The notes beneath the pieces are model-generated. The model ran no database searches and was not told the DNA's origin. It saw only the letters and a program-made list of their open reading frames with translations. Of a stretch of DNA of 64,000 nt, positions 44,764 through 58,441 are shown piece after piece. The stretch is from the human T2T-CHM13v2.0 reference genome, Homo sapiens, in the NCBI RefSeq assembly GCF_009914755.1, contig NC_060942.1; one strand, given 5' to 3'. The position numbers and the translations under genes are program-made. Each line of letters opens with the position of its first letter. The first letter of the stretch is position 1.

Positions 44764-45174
44764 AAATCTAGGGTTTTTCTCTCTCTTCCTCCCATAAACC
44801 ATGTTCATTAAAATAGCATTTTCTTATTAATGATTTTTAAATTTTGTTTGGCTGTAAAGTATTCTCCATTTTTGTGTGTGCCACCCTGAGAGAATGACAC
44901 AATGACCTCAAGAACTATCTCAACTTCCTCAAAACTATGTTAATTTTTCTGCATTTCAGGTATTTTTCTTCCATCTATTTAGCACTTTAGTAGAGGGAGT
45001 TCATGGTTTCAGCAGGGAAGGTCAGATAATCAAATGGATGGCTTCGGAGTGTGATCACACAAGATCATCAGTCATAATATCAAGGACCTATTATAGCTGA
45101 CTCACAGAATTAAATTATTAGGAAGCCAGATCTTTGATACGTTATCCTTTCCACAGCAAGCTTAGCACTCCTTT

Positions 45175-45335
45175 TATTGATTCTTTCAACAAATAGTTAT
45201 TGAGCATCTTCCATGTGTAAAACCTCTGCTTGGCACTTTGGGATGGGGAGTGAGCGAGGGGGGCGCAGAAGATCAAAACAAATAAGACACAGAGCCTGAC
45301 ACTTAAACGTTTACAATCTAGTAAGGGAAATAAGT
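45175..45335 (-). mobile_element. L2 3' end fragment
   Basis: ttcaacaaatagttattgagcatcttccatgtg..aataagacacag..tttacaatctagt. Confidence 0.7.
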
Positions 45336-45363
45336 CCAGCACATAAATATAATGAATAAAAAA

Positions 45364-45381
45364 TGAGAGAGAGAGATAGAT

Positions 45382-45424
<43 letters not shown>
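45364..45424. repeat. (GA)n/(GATA)n microsatellite
   Basis: gagagagagatagatagatagagagaga... Confidence 0.95.
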
Positions 45425-47522
45425 ATGGCTGTGGCATTTATGGAAAGGAAAGATGGCCTTCTGTAAAGCTGGGGTTGAGAATCAAATCTGTATTCTCTTC
45501 AAATATATAGATTTGAGCTCAACCTTAATATGTGGTTGCAACTTTGGTAAGCAGAGTTAGGAAGAGAAGAGAATTAATTTTATAAAGAAAATCCAACATT
45601 TTAAAAATAGCCTTATATGAGGAAAGGCAGGATCATGTCCAGCATTACAGAAAGTTTAAACTCAGAAGTCTCTTATTAACTCTCCACCACTTTGAAAACC
45701 ACAGCTCTCTTAACACACCCAAAACTGTTATCTTGTGCATTAGTTGTGAGACTATCCACTTATTGGTTCCATCTGGGTATCTAAAATGAAATCAGAAGGC
45801 TCTAGACAGACTCTCTTCAGTTCTCTTCTGATTAGTGTTCCCCTGGGCTTTTCTTCCCAAAATAAAGTTAAGTGCATTTAAGTTTCTAGGATCTTCTTTA
45901 CATCCTTTTGAAAATGCAGAGTAAATATTATGTTGGCTTCTTTCTGCAGTCAATTAATGTATCTTTCTTGCCAATGTCATAAATATAACTTTTTTCAGTT
46001 GATGCTTTTCTTATTGCATACATATGCTATTGATAATTACTTGTTTTTGAGTTCTTAACCATTTGTGCATGGAAATACATCTGAGGTTTAAATGTTAAGA
46101 CTATTACATTACTAAATGCCTTATTTTATAAGTGAATAGGCCATCACAAGCCCTATTCCATGCATTAAAATTGTACTCACCAAAGGAATCCATCTACCAT
46201 ACTGAAATCCTAAAACAATCAGGCATTCTTGTAGGAAAGTTAATACAACAGCCTCTGTGCCTTCTCTGTAATCAATTTCCTACAGCTTCTGTATGATGGC
46301 AGCTTAGGAAATTTTCTGGTTTTACTTTCTATGTTTAGATAAAATAATGATGACTCAATTAAAGATGCCCAATCTTAAAAATGAATTGGAAGGAGGTCCT
46401 GTTTGGGCCTAGAATAAATGACTATGGCAGTCTTCTATGGAACTATGAGGGGCAAAGAGAGTAGGGAGGGGCAGAACAGGCAATGGGATGAATCACTGCA
46501 CAGACATAAGGTTCCCCATATTAAAACACGCATGCTTGTCTCTGTCTCTTGTTATTGCAATGAAAGGCGGACTGTTTGTCTTGGTATATAGGTCAATCAT
46601 GCATTCTCTACTAGATTCCCCTCCATGGAAAGTGGAGAATACAGTTGGTTTAAGTGTGAACATTGCTTTTTTAAAAAGGGCACTTGAGATTTCGAGCTTA
46701 ATGAGCTGTTTCCTATAAATCTGGGGTTATGTTTGCAAGCATCTCCTCAGCTTCTTCTGTTGAGGTCCGTCAGCCCACAGAGCACTTGACTGGACAGCGG
46801 GATGGACAGTTTTCATCTGCCATCACCCCGGAATGAGTGGTCCAGTTGCCATGCACACCTGCTTGCCTTATAAAATGTGCTACAGTTACAGCTAAAACAA
46901 ATTGCCCATAATAAAAATAACAATAATGATAATAGTAATAATAATTAACTTCTGCTCCATTCCAGGATCCCAACCTCTCACACCTTTAATGAGCCAATGT
47001 GCTCATTTCTTAAACCTAAATTGTATCAGGATATTTTTAGAAGTATGTTGCCTAACAGGTTTTAGTTGGGAGGCATTTTGCCTGTTTATTTGGCCTCATC
47101 TTTGTAACATTAGTACTCAGCTTAATGAATTAAGAGAAGCCAATGGATGAAGCCACAGGAAATAAACTCAAACCTCTTTAATTTAGATTTATTAGGAGAT
47201 CTGAATGACCTTTCTTGAAATCTTAATTATAAAATACTAACTATATTATTTTTAGCTGTAATAAATTATTGCCAAATAAAGATCTTCTGACAATAAATAC
47301 ATATTTGTATTACACATAATTTTCCCATTAAGTTATTCAAATATAAGAATGATCCTAGAAGATTGTTACGTTATTATTCTTAAATAGGCTCAAGCCTGTG
47401 GTCAAACTAGTTGCCAGTGTTCATTTCCTTAGTGAACACTCAGGAAGGCATTTCCGTGAAGTACTTAATTACACGTGCTTGCTTGCCTTACTCTTAAAAA
47501 GAACGTCAGAATTATTTTGACC

Positions 47523-47830
47523 CAGCACCGTCCAACAGAAGTAGCCATATATGTCATTTTAAATTTTCCAATATCCACAATGGAAAATAAAAGAAACCAG
47601 TAAAATGGATTTTAATGATATGTTTTATCTAACCAACATTTTCAAAATATTGTTATTTCAATATATAATCTGTGTGAAAATTATTGAGATAGTTATGACT
47701 TTTTTGCTGTACTATGGCTTCAAAATGCAGTTTGCATTTGTCACTTACAGCACCTCTTAGTTTGGACCAGGCTCACATCAAGTGCTCAGGAGTCACTTGT
47801 AGCTAGCAGCTACTGAATGGGACAACACAG
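47523..47830 (-). mobile_element. MER33-like hAT-Charlie DNA transposon
   Basis: TIR-like cagcaccgtccaa / tgggacaacacag; antisense homolog of the element at 54719. Confidence 0.85.
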
Positions 47831-47984
47831 TTCAAAATAATTACAGTACTTATCATAGCTTTTCCTTCCAACTACTTATATATGTATTCCTAGCTTTGAA
47901 CTTAAACTTCCGGAATTACTGTCCAACGAAACAAAACAGAGCCAAACTAAAAAAAAGGAAAACAAGGGAAGAAAGAAGATGTCT

Positions 47985-48435
47985 CTGGTCCAAATTTCTT
48001 AACGTGGCTTACAAAGAGTTTCAAGGCCTGGCCTCTGCCACCCTCTACAGCCTCATCGACACTCCTGCCAAACAGAAATTCTTCTCCTTCTCCAAATGCC
48101 CTGTGCTCCTGCCTCAGTCTTCGCTGTGTGAAAGACTATTTCCACTTCTGCCTTCCTGCTGGCTCCTCATTCTTCCAGTCTCAGCCTAGACACTCTTTCA
48201 GAACTGCCTGGACTCTGTATGTCGCTGAACCCGCCAATGGCCGCAGCATTTATACATTTTAGGGCTGCATGATTTTGGCTTTTTAAACCTTTCAAGTCTT
48301 CCTTTCTAGACTTCAAACTGCACAATGTCAAGAACCACATCATTTTTTAAAATTATTGCTTTCCAGTCCTTAGCACATTGCTTGACTCATTAAGAGTGCT
48401 TGCTAAATTTTGTTCAATGAATAATGAATGAACTG
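47985..48435 (+). mobile_element. L2 3' fragment
   Basis: tccaaatttcttaacgtggcttacaaag..cctggcctctgcc; tail taaattttgttcaatgaataatgaatgaa. Confidence 0.7.
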
Positions 48436-48929
48436 ACAGGAGAGAAAAAATATGAACACTGAAACTCAAGACAATCGTCTCCTCTCCTATCCCCAGCCTC
48501 TCATTAGGTGATTGAGAAGTTGATTCCTGTGTCATGTGAGACACGATCTGGGGGTCCCAGCATCTCCTGATATATACCAGTTACCTGAACTGCTTGATGT
48601 AAACTGTATTCTGCTGATGGATAACCCTGCTTGATTCTGCAGCCTCCTAGTCATACACTGGTTAAGTGATTAATTCATTCTAGAGATAGACAAAAGGACA
48701 TCTAAATTCAATGGATTATTAAACTCCTTGGGATTCTTTAGAAGGAAAGGGTTTATATCTATTCAACCCACTTTGCTTCCCGGAGATTTTTAAAATGTAA
48801 TGCAATAAAAAGCAACACATCAAATTTGGGTTTTAGTTTTTTGTGGTTGAAGGCCCCCACTTTCTAGTCCCATGCCTATCTCATATCCACCAAAATTCTT
48901 CCCATTCTCCACTGCGTTAATCAAATCAC

Positions 48930-49318
48930 TAAGTTTGCGATTTCCCCAAAGCATCCTATGCTTTTTATGTCTTTGCTCCTTGATTTTCCTCCTCCTAGAA
49001 GGATTTTCCTCAATACCATCTGTCAAATCCTTCATCCTCATTCAGTGCCAGCCAAAGACCACATCTGCTAAGAAATGTTTCTCTCATTTCCCAATTAAAG
49101 CTACTTTTTCCTCTTCCAAACTTCCCATTGTGCTTTATGCCACTAAGAGGCCAAAATCCCATTCTGATTTGTGTTATGTACTTGTCTCACTTTGTTATTT
49201 CCCTTGCCAGACTTTAAGTCCCTGGCAATGGCCATGATGTTTGCATTGTTGCATATCCTCATCCCACCTAGCATGATGTCTTACCCAGAATAGTTGCTCA
49301 ACAAATATTTGCGGAAGA
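48930..49318 (+). mobile_element. L2 3' fragment
   Basis: ccagactttaagtccctgg..cacctagcatgatgtct..tagttgctcaacaaatatttg. Confidence 0.6.
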
Positions 49319-52300
49319 AAAAGATGCATCAAATTTCTCTTAAATCCAGAAAATAGAACTACATATTATTATAAAAGTCTTTGACAAGATTTTTCCAGCA
49401 GTCACCAGTGGCTAATCCTAAACCTAAACCTTAGGTCGAAAACAGCTTACAAAGTATCTGGCCATAATCCCAGTATACACAGACAGTTGTGTTTTCCAAA
49501 AGATGGATCTTTTCTTTTCATTCTTAACTGCTTTAATGTGCTCCGTAATAAAGATGTGGTTGTTTAAGCTCTGCATCTCAGTACTGCATGCTCTTGGATC
49601 AGATACAAAGCCCCTTTAGAACTCAGTTTTCTCATTTGTCAAATTAAAGGGTTGAACTAACTGATTTCTACTGTCCCTTTCAGATTATAAAAACCAATAA
49701 TTTTTTTTGAGCACTCCTTTTTGGCCTAGGTTAAAATAGGATGGGTGGAGATAACTCAGTATTTCAGTAAAAATGCAATAACCAGAGAGGATAAAAAATA
49801 ATGAGCATCCATATTCGCCATCAGTTTCAGGCATTCACAGACGCAAGCAGCAATCTCACTCATGAAATGTAGGCGTAAACGGTGTTCCTCTTTGGTATAT
49901 ATAGGCAAAGTTTTTACTTTAAACTATATGAGTACAATGCCAAGAATTTGAAGGTGGAAGAGATTCTGGGTTGGTTATCTTACACTATTCCTCTCAAGAG
50001 ATGGTTTCCCAATGCATTAGGAGAATTCTTCCTTAATGCATCTCTCCATCATGGTATCTTCGTGAAAAGTCAGAGAGTAGAAAGAATGATAATGTACACA
50101 ATAGGGCATTGCCAAAAGTTTAGAACCAAAATTTAAGTTTTGATTTATTTTCACAGTTATTTGGAGGGTGGGGGTAGAGGAGAAGTGCTGTACGGTCGCT
50201 GTTGGTTTTTTTAAACAAACCTAATCTGAATGCCCCTTGTTTGTGGCTGCATATTGTTTAATATTCACTATACACCTTCTGCAAACAATATGCAAGACAG
50301 GGCCCTTGCTCTTTTGGAACTCAGAGAGAATTCAGGGAGGAAAGGAGGAGATAGAATCTACATTATGTAAATAAAATAATCTCTAATGAAAACATTTTCC
50401 TTGAGGTGTGAACAAATGTATTAACTCCCAATTTTGTGATACAGCAATCAATTGCTTTCCAGCCCTAAAACCTACTGTTACAACAGCCTTAGAAAGACTT
50501 CTGGATTTGGGATTTAAGAATTTCTCTGCCCTTTCCTATACTTCACAGGACGGATTGCAAGCTCTTTCCCTAAGCCCCCTTCACAAGCAGCCCTGAATCA
50601 ACAGTATGGGAGTCCAGGCATAAGACAGGCCCTTATTCTGCCCACTGAATTCACTTTTTTTTTTTTTTTTTTATCAGCAGGGATAACAAGAGTCTTTTTT
50701 CCTTCTTTCTCAACTCAGTCCCTGCTGGTCAAATATTGCTGATGTGTGGACCTTGTCAAAGCCTTTGGGAATTATCATTATTATCAGTCATGATGTTAAT
50801 GGGCTGTCATCATTGGCTGAAGTTCTTATTCTAGATGCTTTGTTTACTCAGCTAACAAAAAGGCAGCTTGGAATTAAAAAAGGAAACGTGCCAAGCAATT
50901 AATCCATAACTTGGTTGGAATGCTTTGGGGACTTTCTAACATTTCTTTTATTGAATTTTTGTTTAAGTGCAGTATCCTTTTTTCCTCTGAAATTTCATTC
51001 TGGAGTTTTTTATTACATGCCATTTCTGCAGGAGGCACATTGAGCCATTGGGACCTTCTGGGTAAATATCACGTGTTTTAAAATATTTATCAATAATGAG
51101 GCTGCTTGCTCACACATTCCCTGAAAATGCCAGGCTATGAAGCCAATTCATTGCACAGGTTTTAAAAAGATATCAAAATGCTCATGCCATAAATATTTTT
51201 GTTACACGACACTTTTCAACTGCATACCAAGACAACAACCACAAAAATAATAATAATAATCCTTCAGTTAGAAGGATGAAAAAACAGCTAAACCTATAGA
51301 CTATAAATACAGAAATTTTTTAAATGTTAGCAGTATAATAGACAGTGTGGAAATCTCTCTATGGAGAGATAGTTGAAGTCATTTATTAAGCATATATCCT
51401 AGTTACACTTCATAATTTTCTTAAGAGAGTACCAGTTCTATCCTTTGGTTGATTGATTGCCAAAACATATGAATCTGTCCTTAACTGATTGCACAAAAAA
51501 AAACTCACTGTATAATTTTTCCAGAGAACATTACCTTGGACTCGATGCTCTCTAAAGATTTATATCAAAAGCTTAATTGTAAAAAACAATATGCATAGAT
51601 TTCCTGAAGAGTCTATATTCTATCCATTTCTCTGGATAGTCTAAATCTGTCCTTCATTCAAACTAAACAATTAGAAAACTGTATGCTTGAGTTGCGTTGA
51701 TTTGCATCCTAAAATGCTTTTATTAAATTTCGCTTTGGCATTACGCCAAAGTTTGCTTTGAGGGGACAGACAGAACCGTTGAAGAAACAATGGAACAGTG
51801 GGACAATAGAACAATAATCACCCCTGTATTAAGCATATGTTTTGATGTTGAAGCTTGGTGTTGAAGATGTTATCTTCCCAGAACACTCGGTGTCCTCTTT
51901 TAGGTCTCAGAAAACTGTACTTCTCATCAACTGCTTTTTGTTGATGTTTTCTATCTTTGAGGGTTTTATTTTGTTTTAATCTTAGGAATACTCTGTCACT
52001 TTAAAGCGATCATCTTCCTTCTCTTAGATAATTTTTTTCTTTGCTTTGAATGTCAGAATGTTCAGAGCCCCAAAAATGTGGCTCGGTTCTCACAAGTATG
52101 CAAAGTGCACAACAAACGTGGATGTTGTACTAACTCTTACTTGATTTTATTTTTGTTTTCAGATGTTTCCTTTCCCCTGATATTCCTATTTATTTATATT
52201 GATATTTTTATAAGTCATCTTACTTGTGTTTTTCTTAGCCATCTCAAATCAGTTTTAGGAGCAAGATGGACTATAAACCAATCTATGACATTGATCTTAT

Positions 52301-52701
52301 AGTAGAACCAGACATGCTATAGACCCAGTGATTTAGTAAAAATTGGAACAAAGAAGATAATTAACATCCAAACATTAGAATATAAGGTAATAAGATGGGC
52401 CCTGGGGCCTACCATCACCCATCCCTCAGTCTAAAGGCTTAAAAGGCATAAGCCTGAAGCTCTAGGCTTATCCCACATGGTCGGAGTCTCAGAGACCACA
52501 GACTTCAAGTGCATGTCCATGACAAACCAGGAAGGCAGAGCATGGCAGGGAGGGAAGAAAGCATCCTGAATACCTGCATTTACTTTTGTGACTCCTAATC
52601 TCACATATGTCCTTTGTACTGCTTCTTTGCTGGTTCAGAGGTAAATCAAGCTGAAAGCAAACTGCAATCTGAGTCCTTTCTCTCTGCTCTCACTCAGCCC
52701 C

Positions 52702-53130
52702 TACAGCAGATGTTATCAGTGCCACACTCAGGTCCCTTAGCCACCCACTGTTCTCATACATGCCATGCCATCCTACTGAGGCACCTGCACCTCTGCCAGA
52801 GAGCTTCCTCTCAAACTACACTCGAAGCTGCCTAGAAGTGTTGGGTTCTGGGAACAGCTCTCAGCCAAAGACGAATGGAGATATGGAGGACAAATACCCC
52901 GGCTCCTTCAGCCCTTGGATGTAGTAACATCCCTGATGCATGCTCAATACTGTCTCCCAGAGTCCCAGTTGCTCAGATCTTAACCTACTCGTTAACTCAC
53001 ATTGACTTCTTTCCATGCCCTATCTCAGTTCTTTATTCTCCTAGAGATGTTCCTGGCATCGCCCCCTAAGTAAACTACTTGCACAATAATTATGATCTCA
53101 GAGTCTGCTTCAGGGAACCCTAACTAAGAT
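52702..53130 (+). mobile_element. LTR16-like ERVL LTR
   Basis: gcagatgttatcagtgcc..cagctctcagcca..taaactacttgcac..tctcagagtctgcttcagggaaccctaactaaga. Confidence 0.75.
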
Positions 53131-53699
53131 TGAATCCCCCTAATGTAAGAGGGAAATGGCATCAGTCAGCCACTTATTATGTTTTTTTGAGTACCTACTT
53201 CCTCTCGTTCATTTAACAAATTTTTTTAATACCTACTAAATGCCACGCATTGTATGAAGAATTGAACCTAAGCTATAAACAAGAAAAAATTGGTCCCTAG
53301 CCTCATGGAACCTAATTCAAGGATTGTCATCTAATCTTAGCACATTCCTATTTCAGAAAAGGCAAAGTTCCTGAACTCTAGCATTTTTAGTCTCTCGCTC
53401 ACTGTCTAGACTTGCTTGAGAAGTTGCCATAAGGGGTGTTGGCCCAACAAATGTCTTATTTGTTTATGGTACAACCCATTTCTAATTGCTCCTAAATCTA
53501 CAGAAAACAGGACTTAAAAGGTGTTGCACTTTATCACTGCCCTTTACTTCCTTCTCGAGCATCTCTTTACCTATCTTCTTCTGCCTCCCCATATCTTCAT
53601 TCCCCTAAAGAACTTCCATTCATTCCCTTGATTTTTCCCTGACCTCCCTTATCAAGTTCAGACTTATCAGGCCAATATTCAAAGCCTTCCACATAGTGA

Positions 53700-54124
<425 letters not shown>

Positions 54125-54198
54125 TTCTATGTCATTTTTTAAGACCTAGTTCAAAATTACCATCTTAAAGAGCTTAGTCTGAGTTACCCCATCCTCAC

Positions 54199-54517
54199 TG
54201 TATTAGTCTGTTTGTTCTGCTATAATCAAATACCACAGACCGGGTAATTTACAAACAATAGAAACTTATTTCTGGTGGTTCTGGAGACCGGAAAGTCCAA
54301 GATAAGGCTCTGGCAGGACTGGTATCTGGAGAGGGCTGCTTTCCGCTTCCAAGATGGCACCTTGTTGCTGCACCCTCCTGAGGAAAGGAATGCTGTATCC
54401 TCACATGGCAGAAGATGGAAGGGCAAAAGAGATAGAGCTCCCTTCAATCTTGAGCCCTTCTGTAAGAGTGTTAATCCCATGCACGAGAGCAAAGCACTGG
54501 GTATTCAAACCGTAGCT
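54199..54517 (-). mobile_element. MST/MLT1A-type MaLR solo LTR with internal deletion
   Basis: tgtattagtctgtttg..tgctataa..aataccacagac..; far end attcaaaccgtagc; perfect 5-bp TSD ctcac (54194-54198, 54518-54522). Confidence 0.88.
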
Positions 54518-54718
54518 CTCACCATGATTGAAGACTTGGTTTGCTATTACTTCCTTCTGATTGAAATGAACTACAGTCACTTCCTAACCCTCTCACATAT
54601 TTATGTTTTTAAATTTCCAACTAATTTGTAATTTCTCTAATAATTGGAACAATGCTTTCTTAACTTTTATTCTGTAAGGGAGGATAATGAGGATAATATA
54701 GTGCAAATAACAATATAC

Positions 54719-55029
54719 CTGCATGTCCAGTATCACAGCCATGAGCCTCAGTTGGCTGTTGAGCACTAGAAATGTGGCCAGTCCGGATTAAGACGTGCTA
54801 TTAGTGTAAATTGCATACCAGATTTTAGAGACTTAGTACATACAAAAGAATGTAAAATATCTTATTAATAACTTGTTATCAATTAAATGTATAAGTGATA
54901 ATACTTTGGATATATTGGGTTAAATCAAATACATTGTTAATATTAATTATACCTGTATCTTTTCACCTTCTTTTAATGTACCTACTTGAAAAGTTTTAAA
55001 TTGCATACTATTTCTATTGGACAGTGCTG
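54719..55029 (+). mobile_element. MER33-like hAT-Charlie DNA transposon
   Basis: ctgcatgtccagta..ttgagcactagaaatgtggcc..gacttagtac..atttctattggacagtgctg. Confidence 0.88.
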
Positions 55030-55399
55030 ATATAAACTTTTTACAAGGATATATCTGGGTTTAAATCCTAGCTCTCTAAATAGGAATAAGAAGCCACAGA
55101 GCCTGTCTTATAGTTCATGCTTAGGAGATACTTTTTGAATTGTGTATGAATGAATGAATTAATGAGTTAATTAATAAAGAATGTTAGTGTAAGGATCAAA
55201 TGGTATGTATTTAAAAACCATCAGAATAATACCTAGCACATAGTGTTTATATACTGTAAGTTCCTACTCCCTATTAGGTTCAACATGGTGTTACCAATAA
55301 ATCAATTTTCTTCTTTTTTTTCTATAACTCACAGAAACATGCTGAACCATGTATGATTCTAATAGCTATCATTTTCTTCACAAATATCTGTATTTAAAA

Positions 55400-56640
55400 T
55401 AAAATATCTTTAATATTATAAAATTAATATATGCTCATTATTAATAATTTTAGAAAAATGCAAATATTAAAAGTAAAAATTGTACAATGTAATATATCAC
55501 ATAGGTATTATTTTTAACATTTTGATGTATATAATGTAACTTTTCTCTTCATATATGTACTTAACATGTCTTAATTAAAAAATAAATTCCTACTGTCTAT
55601 GCAAATGGCCTCATAATGTATCTTCTTACTTTGCAGACATCTTTCCATATGAATTAAAGATTGCTCTACATAAGTATTGAATGGCTTCATAATATTCCAT
55701 TGCATGGATATAACATAATCCTTTAAATCGATTCCTCATTGATAGTGATTTGCGTTGGTTTCCTGTCACTAAAATTAGTGTTCAGATTTTTGCAATTTAT
55801 TGTTTTTTTCATAGAAAAATATATAATTTAAATGAGTCGATAAAAGAGTGACTTTTCCTATTTTTCACTCAGAATTATTACACAATTTACATTCCCGAAA
55901 TAAAATAGGAGATTGCTTATTTCCAGATACTTCACCAATAATAAGATTAATCTTTTTTCATTTTGAATGATCTGATGTGTTTTTTAAATGCTATCTCAAC
56001 ATTGTATTTCATATTCCTTCCTAAATCTGGAAGGCATTTAGGGTCAACTTTTGTGTCAAATTCCCATTTATCTCCTTTTCCCTATTTTTCTTATTGGAGT
56101 ATGTTTTTTCTTATTGATTTAACAGTCTTTAGTATCATTTAAAGCAAAGATTCCTTTGAGATGTATGGTTCAAATATATTTCTCACCTTGTCCTTTTTTG
56201 TTTGTAAACGCTATTTTTGGTCATATGAGATTTTGTTTTCTGCATTTTCATTTCGTTTTGTTTTTACTTTTTGCTGTCTAACCTATTAATATTTTTTTAT
56301 GATTTCTATCCTTGGTATGTGGTGTAGAAAGGCCTTTTCCTCTCCATTGCAAAAATTTTATCTTAGAATATCATTCTAGTTATTTTATGGTTTCATTTTT
56401 TTACATTAGAAATACTTAATTTGATCAGAATTAATTTAAGTAAAAATATGTGAACTAAAAATTTAATCTTTTAAAAATAATTTAAATTTTAATAAGTTAA
56501 AATGTTAGTAATTTAATAAATTAAAAATTCATTCCAATATCAATTACTTGAAAGCATTATTTTTCCACTGACTTGAAACATCATCTATATATTGTATAAT
56601 AACTTGTATATATAATTTAGTCTGTTTTGAGACTATTTTA
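55400..56640 (-). mobile_element. Highly decayed L1ME-like segment
   Basis: Very AT-rich; aatggcttcataatattccattgcatggata, acaatttacattccc, tagaaaggccttttcc. Confidence 0.6.
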
Positions 56641-56696
56641 AACATAGACTTTAAAGGTTTTACTCTTGATCCCACTTTGAATTTATCTTCTTAAGT

Positions 56697-56732
56697 GGTT
56701 CCATAGCTCAGGGGTTAGAGCACTGGTCTTGT
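56697..56732 (+). pseudogene. tRNA-Thr(TGT)-derived 5'-half retropseudogene (tailless)
   Basis: GGTTCCA TA GCTC AGGGGTTA GAGC A CTGGT CT TGT: acceptor 5' strand, D-stem GCTC/GAGC, anticodon 5' stem and anticodon; no 3' half; perfect 17-bp direct repeats tgaatttatcttcttaa at 56678-56694 and 56732-56748. Confidence 0.9.
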
Positions 56733-56835
56733 GAATTTATCTTCTTAAAATCATCACAATACTTAAGTTATTGTTTTGATTTTTAAGAATATTGGGTCAG
56801 CTGAAGAATTCTGACTTCTTATCTGTTACATGCAT

Positions 56836-56837
<2 letters not shown>

Positions 56838-56868
<31 letters not shown>

Positions 56869-57150
56869 AGACGGAGTCTCGCTCTGTCTCCCAGGCTGGA
56901 GTGCAGTGGCGCAATCTTGGCTCACTGCAAGCTCCAGCCTCCCGGGTTCATGCCATTCTCCCGCCTCAGCCTCCCGAGTAGCTGGGACTACTGGCACCGG
57001 CCACCATGCCCGGCTAATTTTTTGTATTTTTTAGTAGAGACGGGGTTTCACCGTGTTAGCCAGGATGGTCTCGATCTCCTGACCTCGTGATCCTCCCGCC
57101 TCGGCCTCCCAAAGTGCTGAGATTACAGGCGTGACCCACCACACCCGGCC
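56838..57150 (-). mobile_element. AluY SINE
   Basis: cactgcaagctcc diagnostic; ~30-nt pure poly(T); TSD tacatgcattcttt (56827, 57151). Confidence 0.97.
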
Positions 57151-57991
57151 TACATGCATTCTTTTGATTAAAACATGTTCAGCACCGTATTATCTTAGTT
57201 TAAATGAGGTAAACACAAGACATCACCTGTCAAGTTAAAGGCATCCTATCACACTATTTTTGATCAAACTTAATGGAATCATTTTTCCCAACCCTTTTCT
57301 TGCTTGCTTTACCACTGTTGATCATATCTGGTCTTTTTCTTTTGGTTTTTCTTTCTGTCATTTTTTTCTACTCATCTGCCCTAGTGTAAACCCACCCACC
57401 ACTTCTCACATATATCTGCATTCTCGTCTCTGCTCTCTTTTCTTACATATGGCCCACTCCTCTTCCGTGATCCCAGCATGCAGCTCTTGTTTAAGGCAAA
57501 TACTAAAAGAGGTTTTTACGAAACATGTAGGACTCACTTTATAAACACAAGGAGCAGAAAAATCCTTAGGAATACCTAATTCTGTTTTCTCATTTTGTGA
57601 ATGAGAACTCCAAGTACCAGCTATAACAAAATCCCACTTACTCTGACCTAATAGGCGCTAGAAGCCAGGTCTCCTTGCTCTCAGATAAGGACTCTGAGCT
57701 CCACTCCCCACTGGCTCTGTATTGAGAGGTAAAATGATTAGAGTTAAGATCCCTGAAAACAAGCTTTGCCAAAGCTCTCCATAAGCAAGAACATCGAGGT
57801 GTCTTTTTTATGTTCAGCCTTGAAGGCCAATGAGCACACTCATTGTATTTAAGAAGTTAGGATTCCTCCATTAGATTCTCTTAACGCAGACAACTTATGA
57901 CTCTCTCTTATTGATGAGAAGAAACAACAAGGCTAACCTTTAAACTAGAGAGTTAGAGACAGACACACACAAAACTGCAGGATATGGTTCA

Positions 57992-58220
57992 GTAACAATA
58001 GCTAACGTGTAGAACACATTTTGCTTCAGTGTATTACATGCATTATCTTACCTAATTCTCTCAACAGGCCTGGGTGGCAGGGTCCTATTGCTTCATTCCA
58101 CAAGATGGAAGCTATACCTCAGGAAGGTATAGAAACTTGCCCAATATCCCATTAGGAGAGAGTGACAGAGTTGGCCTTTGGTCCCAGGCAGCAGGACTGT
58201 TAACTACCACCTACATGCCT
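57992..58220 (-). mobile_element. MIR SINE
   Basis: aacaatagctaac..ttacatgcattatct..taattctctcaaca..aacttgcccaa. Confidence 0.7.
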
Positions 58221-58269
58221 TAAAGATATATCAGAATGGCCAAGCCCCCAGGCTTTGGTGTCTGCCTGT

Positions 58270-58441
58270 CTGTGTCCAAGTCTCAACTTTACTACTTACT
58301 GACCAAGCAAACATCAGCACATTTTTCAACCTTCCTAAACCCCAGTTTCTCCAGCTGTAAAAGCAGATGATAAATATACCTTCTTCATAGGACTGTTATG
58401 AGAATTAAACTAGATAACTAAGCAAAGTGCTTAGTACCTGC
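58270..58441 (+). mobile_element. MIR SINE
   Basis: cccagtttctccagctgtaaaa..ataggactgttatgagaattaaa..aaagtgcttag. Confidence 0.7.

Noticed and set aside
56697-56732. Functional tRNA gene
   Set aside because: 3' half, B-box and Pol III terminator are absent; cannot form a cloverleaf
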